From: Pasteurella multocida
GTDB lineage: Bacteria > Pseudomonadota > Gammaproteobacteria > Enterobacterales > Pasteurellaceae
Length of the DNA: 32,000 bases
Reading direction: 5' to 3'
Assembly: GCF_900187275.1 (NCBI RefSeq)
Contig: NZ_LT906458.1
Span: 1,590,001 to 1,622,000 of the forward strand
Shown: one piece after another, positions 20,097 to 28,958 of the stretch
Position numbering within the stretch: the stretch's first letter is position 1
How the letters are laid out: the number at the start of each line of letters is the position of its first letter
Translations under genes and position numbers: made by a program
Notes under the pieces: generated by a model
Told to the model about the DNA's origin: nothing
The model's input: the letters and a program-made list of their open reading frames with translations, nothing else
Databases searched by the model: none

Positions 20097-21028
20097 CAAA
20101 AGTACTGACCATTACACTAAATTCTGCCTACGACTTAGTAGGGCATCTCCCTCACCTAACACGAGGTGCGGTAAACCAGGTGGATTCTTTAGGACTTTAC
20201 CCTGCTGGCAAAGGGATTAATGTTGGCAAAGTTCTGCATGACTTAGGGGTAGACGTGGCATTAACTGGCTTTCTCGGGCAAGAAAATCAAACGGGATTTC
20301 AACAATTGTTTTCGCGTTTGGGGCTCACCGATCATTTTCATCGAATTACCGGAGCAACACGCATCAACGTAAAACTGACAGAGTCAGATGGCGTCGTCAC
20401 TGACCTCAATTTTCAAGGCTATCATGTGAGTAAGACAGATTGGCAAACGTTTGTGGACTTTTCATTGCAACAATGCCAAACATTTGATGTGATTGCAGTT
20501 TGTGGCAGTCTTCCTCGAGGAATCAGCGTAGATGACTTTACAGCTTGGCTCCGCCAACTTAATAAAAATAACATCAAGCTCATATTAGACACTAGTCAAC
20601 AAGCTTTCGCATCAGGCATACAAGCCAAACCTTGGCTCGTCAAACCTAATCGCGATGAGCTTGCAAGCTGGTATGGTTCGTCATTAGCGACACAGCAAGA
20701 CATCATCCACGCGGCAACACAATTACAACGACAAGGTATCCCTCATGTCGTCATTTCAATGGGGGAAGAAGGGGCAATTTGGCTAAATGAAAATACAGTG
20801 TTACACGCCCAGCCCCCACAAGACACGCCTATCGTCAGTACCGTAGGCGCGGGAGATACCATGGTGGCGGGTCTAATTTATGGTATGCTTAATACATATT
20901 CTGCTGAAAAAACATTGGCTTTTGCGACCGCACTTTCGAGCTTAGCAGTTTCACAAAGTAATGTAGGCATCACTGACTTGACGTTACTCAACCCAATTTT
21001 AGAAAAAATAAAAATCACATTCATTTAA
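20093..21028 (+). CDS. fruK: 1-phosphofructokinase
   Basis: 311 aa. ITLNSAYDLVG…AGKGINV N-terminus and GAGDTMVAG near the C-terminus (PfkB family). ATGA overlap with the fruB stop. Confidence 0.92.
   Translation: MTKVLTITLNSAYDLVGHLPHLTRGAVNQVDSLGLYPAGKGINVGKVLHDLGVDVALTGFLGQENQTGFQQLFSRLGLTDHFHRITGATRINVKLTESDGVVTDLNFQGYHVSKTDWQTFVDFSLQQCQTFDVIAVCGSLPRGISVDDFTAWLRQLNKNNIKLILDTSQQAFASGIQAKPWLVKPNRDELASWYGSSLATQQDIIHAATQLQRQGIPHVVISMGEEGAIWLNENTVLHAQPPQDTPIVSTVGAGDTMVAGLIYGMLNTYSAEKTLAFATALSSLAVSQSNVGITDLTLLNPILEKIKITFI
20927..20935 (-). repeat. uptake signal sequence (Hin-type USS core)
   Basis: Exact ACCGCACTT on the + strand, inside fruK. Confidence 0.85.
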
Positions 21029-21038
21029 GGATAATTTC

Positions 21039-22205
21039 ATGAACATTTTTCTCACACAAAAAGAAGACATTGGCAATGCAAAAGTATTCTTATTGCATCA
21101 AGTTATCACAGCAGCCGCCCATCAACAAGGTCACCAAATCACCGAATTAGATGAGGCAGATCTGGTGATTGTATTCGGTGAAGCAATACACAACCCTCAA
21201 TTTGTAGGTAAAAAATGCGTTATTGTCGATGCAGAAGAGGCGTTCAATGCTCCCGAAAACACTTTAACTAAGGCTTTCGCAGAGGCAACTCCCTATGTTT
21301 TAAACGAGCATGCCGAAAGTGTAACGCCCTCTTTCTCTACGCCTTATAACGTGAATCGCTTGATTGCGATTACGGCTTGTCCAACAGGCGTCACACAAAC
21401 TTTTATGGCTGCCGAAGCCATTATGAACTATGCGAAACAACAAGGTTGGGATGTTAAGGTCGAAACCCGTGGACAGATTGGCGTGAAAGATATTCTAACC
21501 GAAGCGGATATTGCAGAGGCTGATCTTGTTCTTGTGGCAACGGATGTGGAAACCGATCTGTCAAAATTTGAAGGAAAGATGTTATACCGTACATCAACAC
21601 GCGCAGTCCTCAACAATACAGAAAGCACTTTCCAACAAGCATTAACACAGGCGACAGTTTATCATGCGCCGAAAGAGGATGATGTCGGCATTATCACCCC
21701 ACCACCACGTGACTACCACAATGATTTTGCGACCTGTGATGCCACTAAAAAGATTGTCGCAGTTACTGCTTGTCCAACAGGAGTAACACAAACCTTTATG
21801 TCTGCAGAAGCGATCATGTTGTATGCGAAAACACAAGGTTGGTGTGTCAAAGTCGAAACACACGGGCAAATGGGGGCAGATAACCTGATTACAGCTGAAG
21901 AAGTAGCAGCCGCTGACTTAGTCTTTGCCGCCACGGATATAGAGATTGATTTATCGAAGTTTGAAGGTAAACCGCTTTATCGTACCTCAACGCATGCAAC
22001 TTTAAAAAACATTGCGCAAGAGTTTGATAAAGCATTCATGCAAGCGACTCCTTATACGCATACGAAGCAAGAAGCGTCTAAAAATGCTTGTTGTTCAACA
22101 AGCACAACCAGCGAATGTTGTCAGTTAAAATGTGGTGTAGCACGTTGGTTACCGCTCATTTTACTTGCCGCACTCATCATTGCGCTCGTGGCTTATTTTA
22201 AATAA
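21039..22205 (+). CDS. fruA: PTS fructose-family IIB'-IIB-IIB protein with a Cys-rich, single-helix C-terminal tail and no IIC domain
   Basis: 388 aa in the fruA position of a fruBKA operon. aa 1-~100 are IIB'-like with no active-site Cys motif. aa ~107-208 and ~239-340 are two IIB modules, each with TACPTGVTQTFM. aa 351-365 read CCSTSTTSECCQLKC, and aa 370-386 form one hydrophobic helix. The stop is followed 36 nt later by a terminator. The gene symbol is given by synteny only. Confidence 0.65.
   Translation: MNIFLTQKEDIGNAKVFLLHQVITAAAHQQGHQITELDEADLVIVFGEAIHNPQFVGKKCVIVDAEEAFNAPENTLTKAFAEATPYVLNEHAESVTPSFSTPYNVNRLIAITACPTGVTQTFMAAEAIMNYAKQQGWDVKVETRGQIGVKDILTEADIAEADLVLVATDVETDLSKFEGKMLYRTSTRAVLNNTESTFQQALTQATVYHAPKEDDVGIITPPPRDYHNDFATCDATKKIVAVTACPTGVTQTFMSAEAIMLYAKTQGWCVKVETHGQMGADNLITAEEVAAADLVFAATDIEIDLSKFEGKPLYRTSTHATLKNIAQEFDKAFMQATPYTHTKQEASKNACCSTSTTSECCQLKCGVARWLPLILLAALIIALVAYFK
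21357..22058 (+). repeat. diverged tandem duplication of the PTS IIB(Fru) module (copies 21357-21662 and 21753-22058, 396-nt period)
   Basis: Both copies encode (I/V)TACPTGVTQTFM(A/S)AEAIM.YAK.QGW.VKVET.GQ.G…DLSKFEGK.LYRTST…QAT(V/P)Y. My hand alignment gives about 65 of 102 identical residues. Confidence 0.85.
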
Positions 22206-22240
22206 AACCTAGCCCGAATTGGCATAATATTCATAAGAAA

Positions 22241-22270
22241 AAAGCCCGACACATGCCGGGCTTTCTTTTT
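22241..22270. terminator. bidirectional intrinsic terminator between convergent fruA-like gene and torD
   Basis: aaagcccg (22241-22248) pairs with cgggcttt (22257-22264). An A run lies upstream and tcttttt downstream. Confidence 0.8.
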
Positions 22271-22283
22271 GATGAGGCATCCT

Positions 22284-22874
22284 TTAATTTTGACAATCTG
22301 CTTGTAATAACAAAATCAACAACACGACAACCTGTTGATAAAACGTGGTGCGTGTTTTTACTCGCTGTACTTTGTCATTGAACGGTAATAACCAAGGTAA
22401 CAGTGCATCTTGGATCAGTTGCTGATAGGTTTTCATGTCATCTACTTCAGCAAGCTGACGTAGTAATTCTAAATAGACACACAGATGATCGCTAGGCTCA
22501 GGCTTATCCCGATTCAGTTGTAACTGAAAACGCACGAGCAATGCCTCCAAAAAGGTAAAATGGCAAGCCAGCTGTGCCTCGAGTAAATACGCGGAGGCAT
22601 AAGGTAACGTACTACTGCTACCGTCTAACAGAAATAACTGCGTGTAATCCGCTGCTAATTCCAAATGTGCCAATTCAACTGTTTTTAACTGCTGTAATTG
22701 CTGTTGAATACCTTCTACTTGTGCTTGAAAGCCTTGCTCCGTGAGAAACGCAAAGAAATCATCAAATAGACCTTGTTGATATTGCGCTAATTGGCTAGCG
22801 GAAAGCTCATGACCAAGCATATTGCTCAGCCAGGTATAGACAAATTGGCGTTCTTCACGGGAAAACGGCATCAT
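22284..22874 (-). CDS. torD: TorD-family molybdoenzyme maturation chaperone
   Basis: 196 aa. [12 protein letters not shown]…LPYASAYL…[12 protein letters not shown] parallels E. coli TorD. ATGA overlap with the torZ stop. Confidence 0.85.
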   Translation of the reverse strand: MMPFSREERQFVYTWLSNMLGHELSASQLAQYQQGLFDDFFAFLTEQGFQAQVEGIQQQLQQLKTVELAHLELAADYTQLFLLDGSSSTLPYASAYLLEAQLACHFTFLEALLVRFQLQLNRDKPEPSDHLCVYLELLRQLAEVDDMKTYQQLIQDALLPWLLPFNDKVQRVKTRTTFYQQVVVLLILLLQADCQN

Positions 22875-25342
22875 AGGGCGACCTCATGTGGACCATGGAA
22901 ACCCGTTACCGCAGGTGCTTGTCCCACAAATTTCTCAATATTGACCAAACAAGTATTGGCAGATACCGCTTGCGCCAAACTTGAACTGCCAATATCTAAG
23001 CTCATGGTATTCGGATCACCATAGGTATCAATAGAACCGACTTTTTCGTCTAAAGGTGAATACCATGCACCTTCTTGTAAACGTAGTACACCTTGTGGGA
23101 AATTATCTGACACATGCGCACCAACAATCGCTTGTCCCCGATCGTTATACACCCGCACTAAATCACCATGAACAATGCCTAAACGTTTGGCATCTTCTGG
23201 ATTGATAAACAAAGGCTCACGATCTTGAATGGCATAGGTCTCACGCAATGCTTTCGATTCGCATAACTGGGAATGCAAGCGCTTATCAGGATGTGCCGAT
23301 TGTAACCAGAACGGATATTTGTCTGATTTTGGTCCACCGTGCGAACGCTCAGCTTTTTCAAACCACATTGGATGACCTTTACAATCTGCATAGCCATAAC
23401 TGGCGATTTTGTTACTGAAAATTTCAATAAAGCCGGACGGTGTGCCCAACGCATGTAATTCAGGATCCTCACGGAAATCTGCATGACGTACCCAAGGCTC
23501 CCCTTCAGGGAATAATACATAACCCTTTTGCCAAAATTCAGCAAATGGTGGCATGTCAAACTTGCCTTGGTTTTCTTGCCGACAGGCTTCATACAGGTGC
23601 TTGACCCATTCCATTTCGTCCATATTGCGACAATATTCTTTTTCTTTACCAAAACGACGGCAAAGATCTTTGAAAATCTCAAAGTCAGAACGCGAGTCAT
23701 ACAACGGATCTACCAGTTTTTGCATGGCGATCACGCCACGGTTACTGTACGAACCATAAGCATCAATATCGTTGCGCTCAAATGGGGTACAGGCGGGTAA
23801 GACAATATCCGAGAAGCGACAAGTGGCTGTCCAGCTGTAGTTGATCGACACAATGGTTTCTAACCGTTGGAAAGCCTGTTTCATCTTGTTACGTTCAGAA
23901 TGGCGGTGCCAGTGGTTACAACCTGTAAAGATCGCCATTTTATATGGGGCGTAAGTGATTTTTTGACCATTGTGGTGAATGGTCTCGCCTGGTTGCAATA
24001 GCGAATCCGTTATTCTAGCACAAGGGATTACGGCACTGTAGCCGTTGTAATTTTTGTTATCGTATTTCGGTTTTTGCCCTTCATCTAAGTTTAATGGGAA
24101 GGCGCCTGGCATGGCGGCACCCGAGCTTGGAATACCAATCGAGCTATAATGATGCGCATAGCTAATGCCACCACCCGCTAAACCAATTTGCCCGAGCATG
24201 GCGGCCAGCACGGCCCCCATCCAATACGGTTGTTCGCCATGTTGTTGACGCTGGATTGCCCAACCAAAAATCAACTGGGTACGTTTACCCGCTAGCATTC
24301 TGGCAAATTGACGAATGTCTTCTGCTTGAATAGCGCAAATTTTTGCTGCCCACTCAGCATCTTTAACCACTTTATCTTCACTTTCACCCAGTAAATATGG
24401 CAAGAATTTTTCAAAACCTACGGTGTACATCTCGATGAATTTTTTATCGTACAAATTCTCGACATAAAGGGTGTGGGCAAGCGCCAACATAAAGGCAACA
24501 TCTGTTTGCGGGTTGATGTATTGGAAGTCGCAACCTAAATAATTTTGGGTTTTGCTTTTCACGGGATCAACGCAAATCACATTCACGTCTTTTGCTGCTA
24601 CTTTTGCTTTTAATTGTTCTAAATATTTATAGGCTTCGTGAGTTTCACAGTTCCAACCCACTTGTAAGTTTTTCACTGGATCACTTGCCCAGAAGATAAT
24701 ATTTTCACTTTCTTTTAAAATAATTTCCCAAGAAGTACCTTGTGAATACACCTCTGTTGATCCTAAGACATAAGGCAAAATCACCTGCCCTGCCCCAGTG
24801 GAATAATCCCCACTGGTACTGACACTGTTGCCGTGCATCCCCACAGCACGGATCATATGGTTACCGCAACTATGGAATTGCCCGGTAGATCGCCACCCTA
24901 CGTTACCGGTGTGTAATGCCCATGGACCGTAATTTTGCTGGATACGTTCTAATTCTTCATAAAATAAATCTAATGCTTCATCCCAAGTCACACGCACAAA
25001 GCGGTTATCACCCCGTTGTGCCGTATTGCTGTTATGACGTTTTTTTAACCAATCCAAACGCACCATTGGGTAACGAATACGTGCTTCGCTATAAATTAAG
25101 TCTTTGATCCCCTTGATCATTTCCGTTGGGTATTGATCATATTCAAAGGGTTTAACATCAACTACTTTGCCATTTTGCACTTTGGCACGAATCGCCCCCC
25201 AGTGTGAACCTGTGATTTTCCATTCACTGACGTTTTCTGCAGACTGTGCAAACGCGTTTTGAGCAATCAGGAAATTAGGCATCGCAAATGTCGCCGCCAT
25301 GGCAGACATATTTTTCAAAAATTGACGACGTGATTGTTTCAT
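22871..25342 (-). CDS. torZ: periplasmic bis-MGD molybdoenzyme of the TorA/TorZ S-/N-oxide reductase family
   Basis: 823 aa. Twin-arginine signal ([11 protein letters not shown]…NAFA|Q). [13 protein letters not shown]…[17 protein letters not shown] matches the TorA/TorZ N-terminal region. No N-terminal Fe-S Cys cluster. GGAGAG SD upstream. Confidence 0.9.
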   Translation of the reverse strand: MKQSRRQFLKNMSAMAATFAMPNFLIAQNAFAQSAENVSEWKITGSHWGAIRAKVQNGKVVDVKPFEYDQYPTEMIKGIKDLIYSEARIRYPMVRLDWLKKRHNSNTAQRGDNRFVRVTWDEALDLFYEELERIQQNYGPWALHTGNVGWRSTGQFHSCGNHMIRAVGMHGNSVSTSGDYSTGAGQVILPYVLGSTEVYSQGTSWEIILKESENIIFWASDPVKNLQVGWNCETHEAYKYLEQLKAKVAAKDVNVICVDPVKSKTQNYLGCDFQYINPQTDVAFMLALAHTLYVENLYDKKFIEMYTVGFEKFLPYLLGESEDKVVKDAEWAAKICAIQAEDIRQFARMLAGKRTQLIFGWAIQRQQHGEQPYWMGAVLAAMLGQIGLAGGGISYAHHYSSIGIPSSGAAMPGAFPLNLDEGQKPKYDNKNYNGYSAVIPCARITDSLLQPGETIHHNGQKITYAPYKMAIFTGCNHWHRHSERNKMKQAFQRLETIVSINYSWTATCRFSDIVLPACTPFERNDIDAYGSYSNRGVIAMQKLVDPLYDSRSDFEIFKDLCRRFGKEKEYCRNMDEMEWVKHLYEACRQENQGKFDMPPFAEFWQKGYVLFPEGEPWVRHADFREDPELHALGTPSGFIEIFSNKIASYGYADCKGHPMWFEKAERSHGGPKSDKYPFWLQSAHPDKRLHSQLCESKALRETYAIQDREPLFINPEDAKRLGIVHGDLVRVYNDRGQAIVGAHVSDNFPQGVLRLQEGAWYSPLDEKVGSIDTYGDPNTMSLDIGSSSLAQAVSANTCLVNIEKFVGQAPAVTGFHGPHEVAL

Positions 25343-25353
25343 GGTGTTCTCTC

Positions 25354-26532
25354 CTACTTGCTGTCAGAATGGGCTTCAAAGTCAGATGAATGCAGTTGTA
25401 AATAGCGTAAAACTTCTTTACTGGTTTGTTTATCCATGTTGGTGAAACCCACCATACCATTGAATAAACCGATCCATGTATTCGAGTCAAAGTGCGCCAC
25501 TTCTGGCTGTCTATGACAGGTACTACATTGGGTTTTGTACATGCTTTCCGCCGCTGCCCATACTGGCTTCACGTCCTCAATTAACTGTGATTTAGCAATC
25601 CACACTTGCATGCTGACTTGTTGCCACGTTAAACCTGTTAAAGGATCTTCTTGTTTCGCTAACACTGTAAAGTGCGGTGCATTTTGCATAAATTCTTTGC
25701 TTAATACGGCATCTGTAATATTTTTGCCAAATTGGTGATACCAAATTCGACCAAAACCTTTGTCTTTACGCCACATGGTCATTTCCACTAAATCCGCGCC
25801 TTGACCTGCTTTAACAAAACGTACTGGTACCGCCGTTTCCAGTTGACCAATTTGCGCTTGCATAGCTTCATCTTTAAACAGCGCGATATTGGCTTTACTG
25901 TAATACGTTTTATCCGCCTGTGGTGCTTTCGCCACAAATTGATCAAATTTCGAAGTACTGCCTTCGCTCACTTGTGTTTTTGGTAAATGGTGTGCTACGC
26001 CTTTATGGCAATCCATACAGCTTTGATCTTTCGCTGCGGCAGGAATCATGGCTTTTCTCGCTGCCTCAGACATTTTGTCGAAGTTCATGCGCTCATAGCT
26101 ATGACAGGCTTTACATTCTTTCGAACCATTCGCTGCAAAACGAGCCCATTCTCGTTCTGCCATTTCTTGGCGGTGCTTTTCAAAGGCGCCTTCTTCCTCA
26201 TATTTGCCGGTGAATTCCGCAAATACCTCACGCACCGCTTGGACTTTGCGGGCATATTTGGCTGTTTTATCATGCGGCAAGTGGCAGCTTGAGCAAGTGG
26301 CAGTGACACCAGAACGATTTGACCAATGTGCCGTTTGCTTTAATTCTTCTAATGGTTGCTGCATAGAATGACAACCAATACAAAATTCTTCGGTACTGGT
26401 GTGATCCATTAAATCATTAAATTTTTGCCAGCTAATCGCACCTGCAATAAAGCCAATACTCACTAAAATACCCAAACCTATTTTGGCAGAAGGCTTGGTA
26501 AAAAATCGCTTAATTAACATAAAAAATTTCAT
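25354..26532 (-). CDS. torY: membrane-anchored pentaheme c-type cytochrome (NapC/NirT/TorC-TorY family)
   Basis: Five CXXCH motifs (CIGCH, CSSCH, CKACH, CMDCH, CSTCH) and an N-terminal TM anchor. The track ORF starts at 26562 and overlaps torE. I trim it to [11 protein letters not shown] (ATG at 26532), 10 nt after the torE stop. Confidence 0.88.
   Translation of the reverse strand: MKFFMLIKRFFTKPSAKIGLGILVSIGFIAGAISWQKFNDLMDHTSTEEFCIGCHSMQQPLEELKQTAHWSNRSGVTATCSSCHLPHDKTAKYARKVQAVREVFAEFTGKYEEEGAFEKHRQEMAEREWARFAANGSKECKACHSYERMNFDKMSEAARKAMIPAAAKDQSCMDCHKGVAHHLPKTQVSEGSTSKFDQFVAKAPQADKTYYSKANIALFKDEAMQAQIGQLETAVPVRFVKAGQGADLVEMTMWRKDKGFGRIWYHQFGKNITDAVLSKEFMQNAPHFTVLAKQEDPLTGLTWQQVSMQVWIAKSQLIEDVKPVWAAAESMYKTQCSTCHRQPEVAHFDSNTWIGLFNGMVGFTNMDKQTSKEVLRYLQLHSSDFEAHSDSK
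25670..25678 (+). repeat. uptake signal sequence (Hin-type USS core)
   Basis: Exact AAGTGCGGT, inside torY. Confidence 0.85.
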
Positions 26533-26542
26533 ATCTACCCCG

Positions 26543-26701
26543 TTACGCGCCTGGTAAGCCAATGACGAACATTTGTAATAACCAAACGATCAAGCCATAA
26601 GCTCCCACGCTCCCCATCATTAAAATCGGCAACAGTATGCCGGCAAAGAAAAACGTTTTAATCACATCTTTCAAGGTTGAGTGTGTTTGTTGTCTTAGCA
26701 T
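26543..26701 (-). CDS. torE: small (52 aa) membrane protein, NapE/TorE-like
   Basis: Too short to appear in the ORF track. Hand translation from the ATG at 26701: MLRQQTHSTLKDVIKTFFFAGILLPILMMGSVGAYGLIVWLLQMFVIGLPGA*. It has one TM helix. The …P.L…VG.YG..VW…G.PG pattern resembles the NapE/TorE family as I recall it. It is the first gene of the operon. Confidence 0.6.
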   Translation of the reverse strand: MLRQQTHSTLKDVIKTFFFAGILLPILMMGSVGAYGLIVWLLQMFVIGLPGA

Positions 26702-26736
26702 AAATAGATTCCCAAGCTTGATTATAAGAAACGCGG

Positions 26737-26777
26737 ATTATACAGAAGAAAGGGAAATCCTTATTGAGAAGGATCAA
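26737..26777 (-). promoter_or_regulatory. candidate class II FNR-dependent promoter of torE-torY-torZ-torD
   Basis: The minus strand reads TTGATccttCTCAA (26777-26764), a 9/10 match to TTGAT-N4-ATCAA. After 21 nt comes a perfect TATAAT (26742-26737). This geometry places the box centre about 40-42 nt upstream of the implied transcription start. Confidence 0.5.
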
Positions 26778-26900
26778 ATTAGATATCTTTTAAGAGTTAA
26801 ACTGGTAAAAAATAGCCAATAAGAATAGAAAAACATCAATGTAATATAATGTTTTATATAACAAAAAATAAATTTCTCATCACATCGCTGATTCACCCAC

Positions 26901-26934
26901 AAAAAAACGGGATATAACAAAATATCCCGTTTTT
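26901..26934. terminator. bidirectional-looking intrinsic terminator downstream of the BCCT transporter gene
   Basis: acgggatat (26907-26915) pairs with atatcccgt (26922-26930), loop aacaaa, flanked by A7 and T5 runs. Confidence 0.8.
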
Positions 26935-26951
26935 GCTTATTGATTACTTAA

Positions 26952-28958
26952 TTATGCTACATCGTAGGTCATCAAAGCATTGGTTTTATCCATCGCTAAA
27001 TTCATATAACGCTCATATTGTTTTAATACATCAGCAATTAATTCATCTTTAGTCATATATTGCACATCATAACCTTCTCGCCCATCAATAAAGTAGGTAA
27101 TCGGCTCATAAGAACGTTTAGAATCAATATTTGGCATCGCTTCATCTTCCACCACTAAGGTGGATAATTCACGGAATTGACATTCAATACCATATAAGAA
27201 ATTACGTAAATTTTCTTTCATCACCACAAATTCAATTTTTGGTTTTTTCCCTGCAATCATGTCAACTTGTGCGGTTAAACCATGTTTTTCAAACTCCGCC
27301 ACTAATTCATAAAAAGCGGGCTGAGCAATTTCATCAATAAAATTACGCACGTCGGCACGTTTCGATTGCGAAAGAATTTTTTCTAAGCGCAATTTCCAGT
27401 GTTTCCCCGTCCAATTACTGCTACCCTGTGAAAAAGTTTTGCTGAAATATTGGTTATCCACCATCAACCCTTTCCATAGACCAAAACACAGTAACAACAT
27501 AATCATGGTGAAAGGTAAGGCGATGACCAGTGTCATGGTTTGTAAGGCAGACAAGCCGTCTGAACGTAATAAGGCAATCGCCAGTACCGCCAATAATATT
27601 GCCCAAAACACACTTTGCCATTTAACACTGTTTTCTTCCCCTTGCGAAGCAATGCTGTTAATCACATAAATGCCAGAATCCGCCGAGGTAATAAAGAATA
27701 AAGCGATAATCACAATGGCAATAAAGGAAGCAATATTGCCAAAAGGTAATAAATCAAAAAAACCAAATAATAACGCTTCCGTGTTGCCCGCAAGTGCGGT
27801 CAAATTTCCTGCAGTTTCCCCATCTAGCCAAATCGCAGAATTGCCGAAAGTGGTCATCCACAGTGCATTAAAGAGTGAAGGAATAAATAACACCCCTAAA
27901 ATAAATTCGCGAATCGTGCGCCCTTTAGAAATTTTGGCAATAAAAAGACCGACAAACGGGGCCCAAGACACCCACCACGCCCAATACAACACCGTCCAAC
28001 CGCTAAACCAACCTTGATTTTCAGGCTCATAAGCAAAGGTGCGGAAACTTAACGACACTAAATTACTCAGATAATAACCTAGATTTTCCGTGAAGCTGGT
28101 TAACAATAACAATGTCGGTCCAAGCACGATCACAAACAGCATTAGAATCAGCGCAAAAAATAAATTAATTTCACTTAAACGGCGCACCCCCTTTGCAACC
28201 CCCGTAATGGCAGAAATCGTTGCAAAACACATCACCAAAATGATCAACAGAGAAAGTGTGGAAAAACTCCGAGAGTCAATCCAACCCAAACTATTTAATC
28301 CCGCATCTAACTGCATGGCGCCATAACCTAAGGTCGTCGTGATACCGAAAATCGTACTACATAAGGCACAGACATCGATCACATGTCCCCAAAAACCTGA
28401 AATACGCTGTTTTAATAACGGATAAAAGCCTGAACGGATGGTGAGCGGTAACTTATACCGAAAACCGAAATACGCCAGTGCGAGACCAATCACCGCATAA
28501 ATTGCCCAAGCATGAATCCCCCAGTGATAAAAAGTCATTAACATGGCTTCTTTGGTTTTTTCCGCTGCAGTCATGCCCTGATGTAATGGATTGGCATAAT
28601 GCAACATCGGCTCAGCCACACCAAAATACATCAAACCAATACCCATTCCTGCCGCGAATAACATCGCTATCCAAGAGAGGAATGGATACTCTGGTTCTTC
28701 ATTATCCGAACCTAAACGAATATCGCCTAATCGACTGGTACAAAGCAACACTAAGAAAACAATAAAAATGGATACCGCAAGCACATAAAACCAACTGAAA
28801 TGGCTAAAGATTTGTTGCTTAACGACGTTTAAGGTCCCTTGAGCATGTTGTGGAAAAAAAGAACAATATAAAGTGACAAAAATGATGAAGAAAAGACTGG
28901 GAAAGAAAATCGGTGCTTTTAATGTACTACGTTGTTGTAACTGCTTAAAAAATGTCAA
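26952..28958 (-). CDS. betT: BCCT-family (betaine/carnitine/choline) transporter, BetT-like
   Basis: 668 aa. About 12 hydrophobic segments plus a ~170-aa cytoplasmic C-terminal extension, as in BetT. BCCT-like WIAMLFAAGMGIGLMYFGVAEP and WTVLYWAWWVSWAPFVG motifs. Non-ATG (TTG) start preceded by AAGGAGG. Confidence 0.85.
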   Translation of the reverse strand: MTFFKQLQQRSTLKAPIFFPSLFFIIFVTLYCSFFPQHAQGTLNVVKQQIFSHFSWFYVLAVSIFIVFLVLLCTSRLGDIRLGSDNEEPEYPFLSWIAMLFAAGMGIGLMYFGVAEPMLHYANPLHQGMTAAEKTKEAMLMTFYHWGIHAWAIYAVIGLALAYFGFRYKLPLTIRSGFYPLLKQRISGFWGHVIDVCALCSTIFGITTTLGYGAMQLDAGLNSLGWIDSRSFSTLSLLIILVMCFATISAITGVAKGVRRLSEINLFFALILMLFVIVLGPTLLLLTSFTENLGYYLSNLVSLSFRTFAYEPENQGWFSGWTVLYWAWWVSWAPFVGLFIAKISKGRTIREFILGVLFIPSLFNALWMTTFGNSAIWLDGETAGNLTALAGNTEALLFGFFDLLPFGNIASFIAIVIIALFFITSADSGIYVINSIASQGEENSVKWQSVFWAILLAVLAIALLRSDGLSALQTMTLVIALPFTMIMLLLCFGLWKGLMVDNQYFSKTFSQGSSNWTGKHWKLRLEKILSQSKRADVRNFIDEIAQPAFYELVAEFEKHGLTAQVDMIAGKKPKIEFVVMKENLRNFLYGIECQFRELSTLVVEDEAMPNIDSKRSYEPITYFIDGREGYDVQYMTKDELIADVLKQYERYMNLAMDKTNALMTYDVA
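27792..27800 (+). repeat. uptake signal sequence (Hin-type USS core)
   Basis: Exact AAGTGCGGT, inside betT. Confidence 0.85.

Noticed and set aside
26637-26822. A 61-aa plus-strand ORF in the torE-betT intergenic region, and a 77-aa minus-strand ORF at 29093-29326 overlapping the sdhE start.
   Set aside because: Neither has an SD. The first overlaps torE and its promoter, and the second overlaps sdhE. The translations look random.
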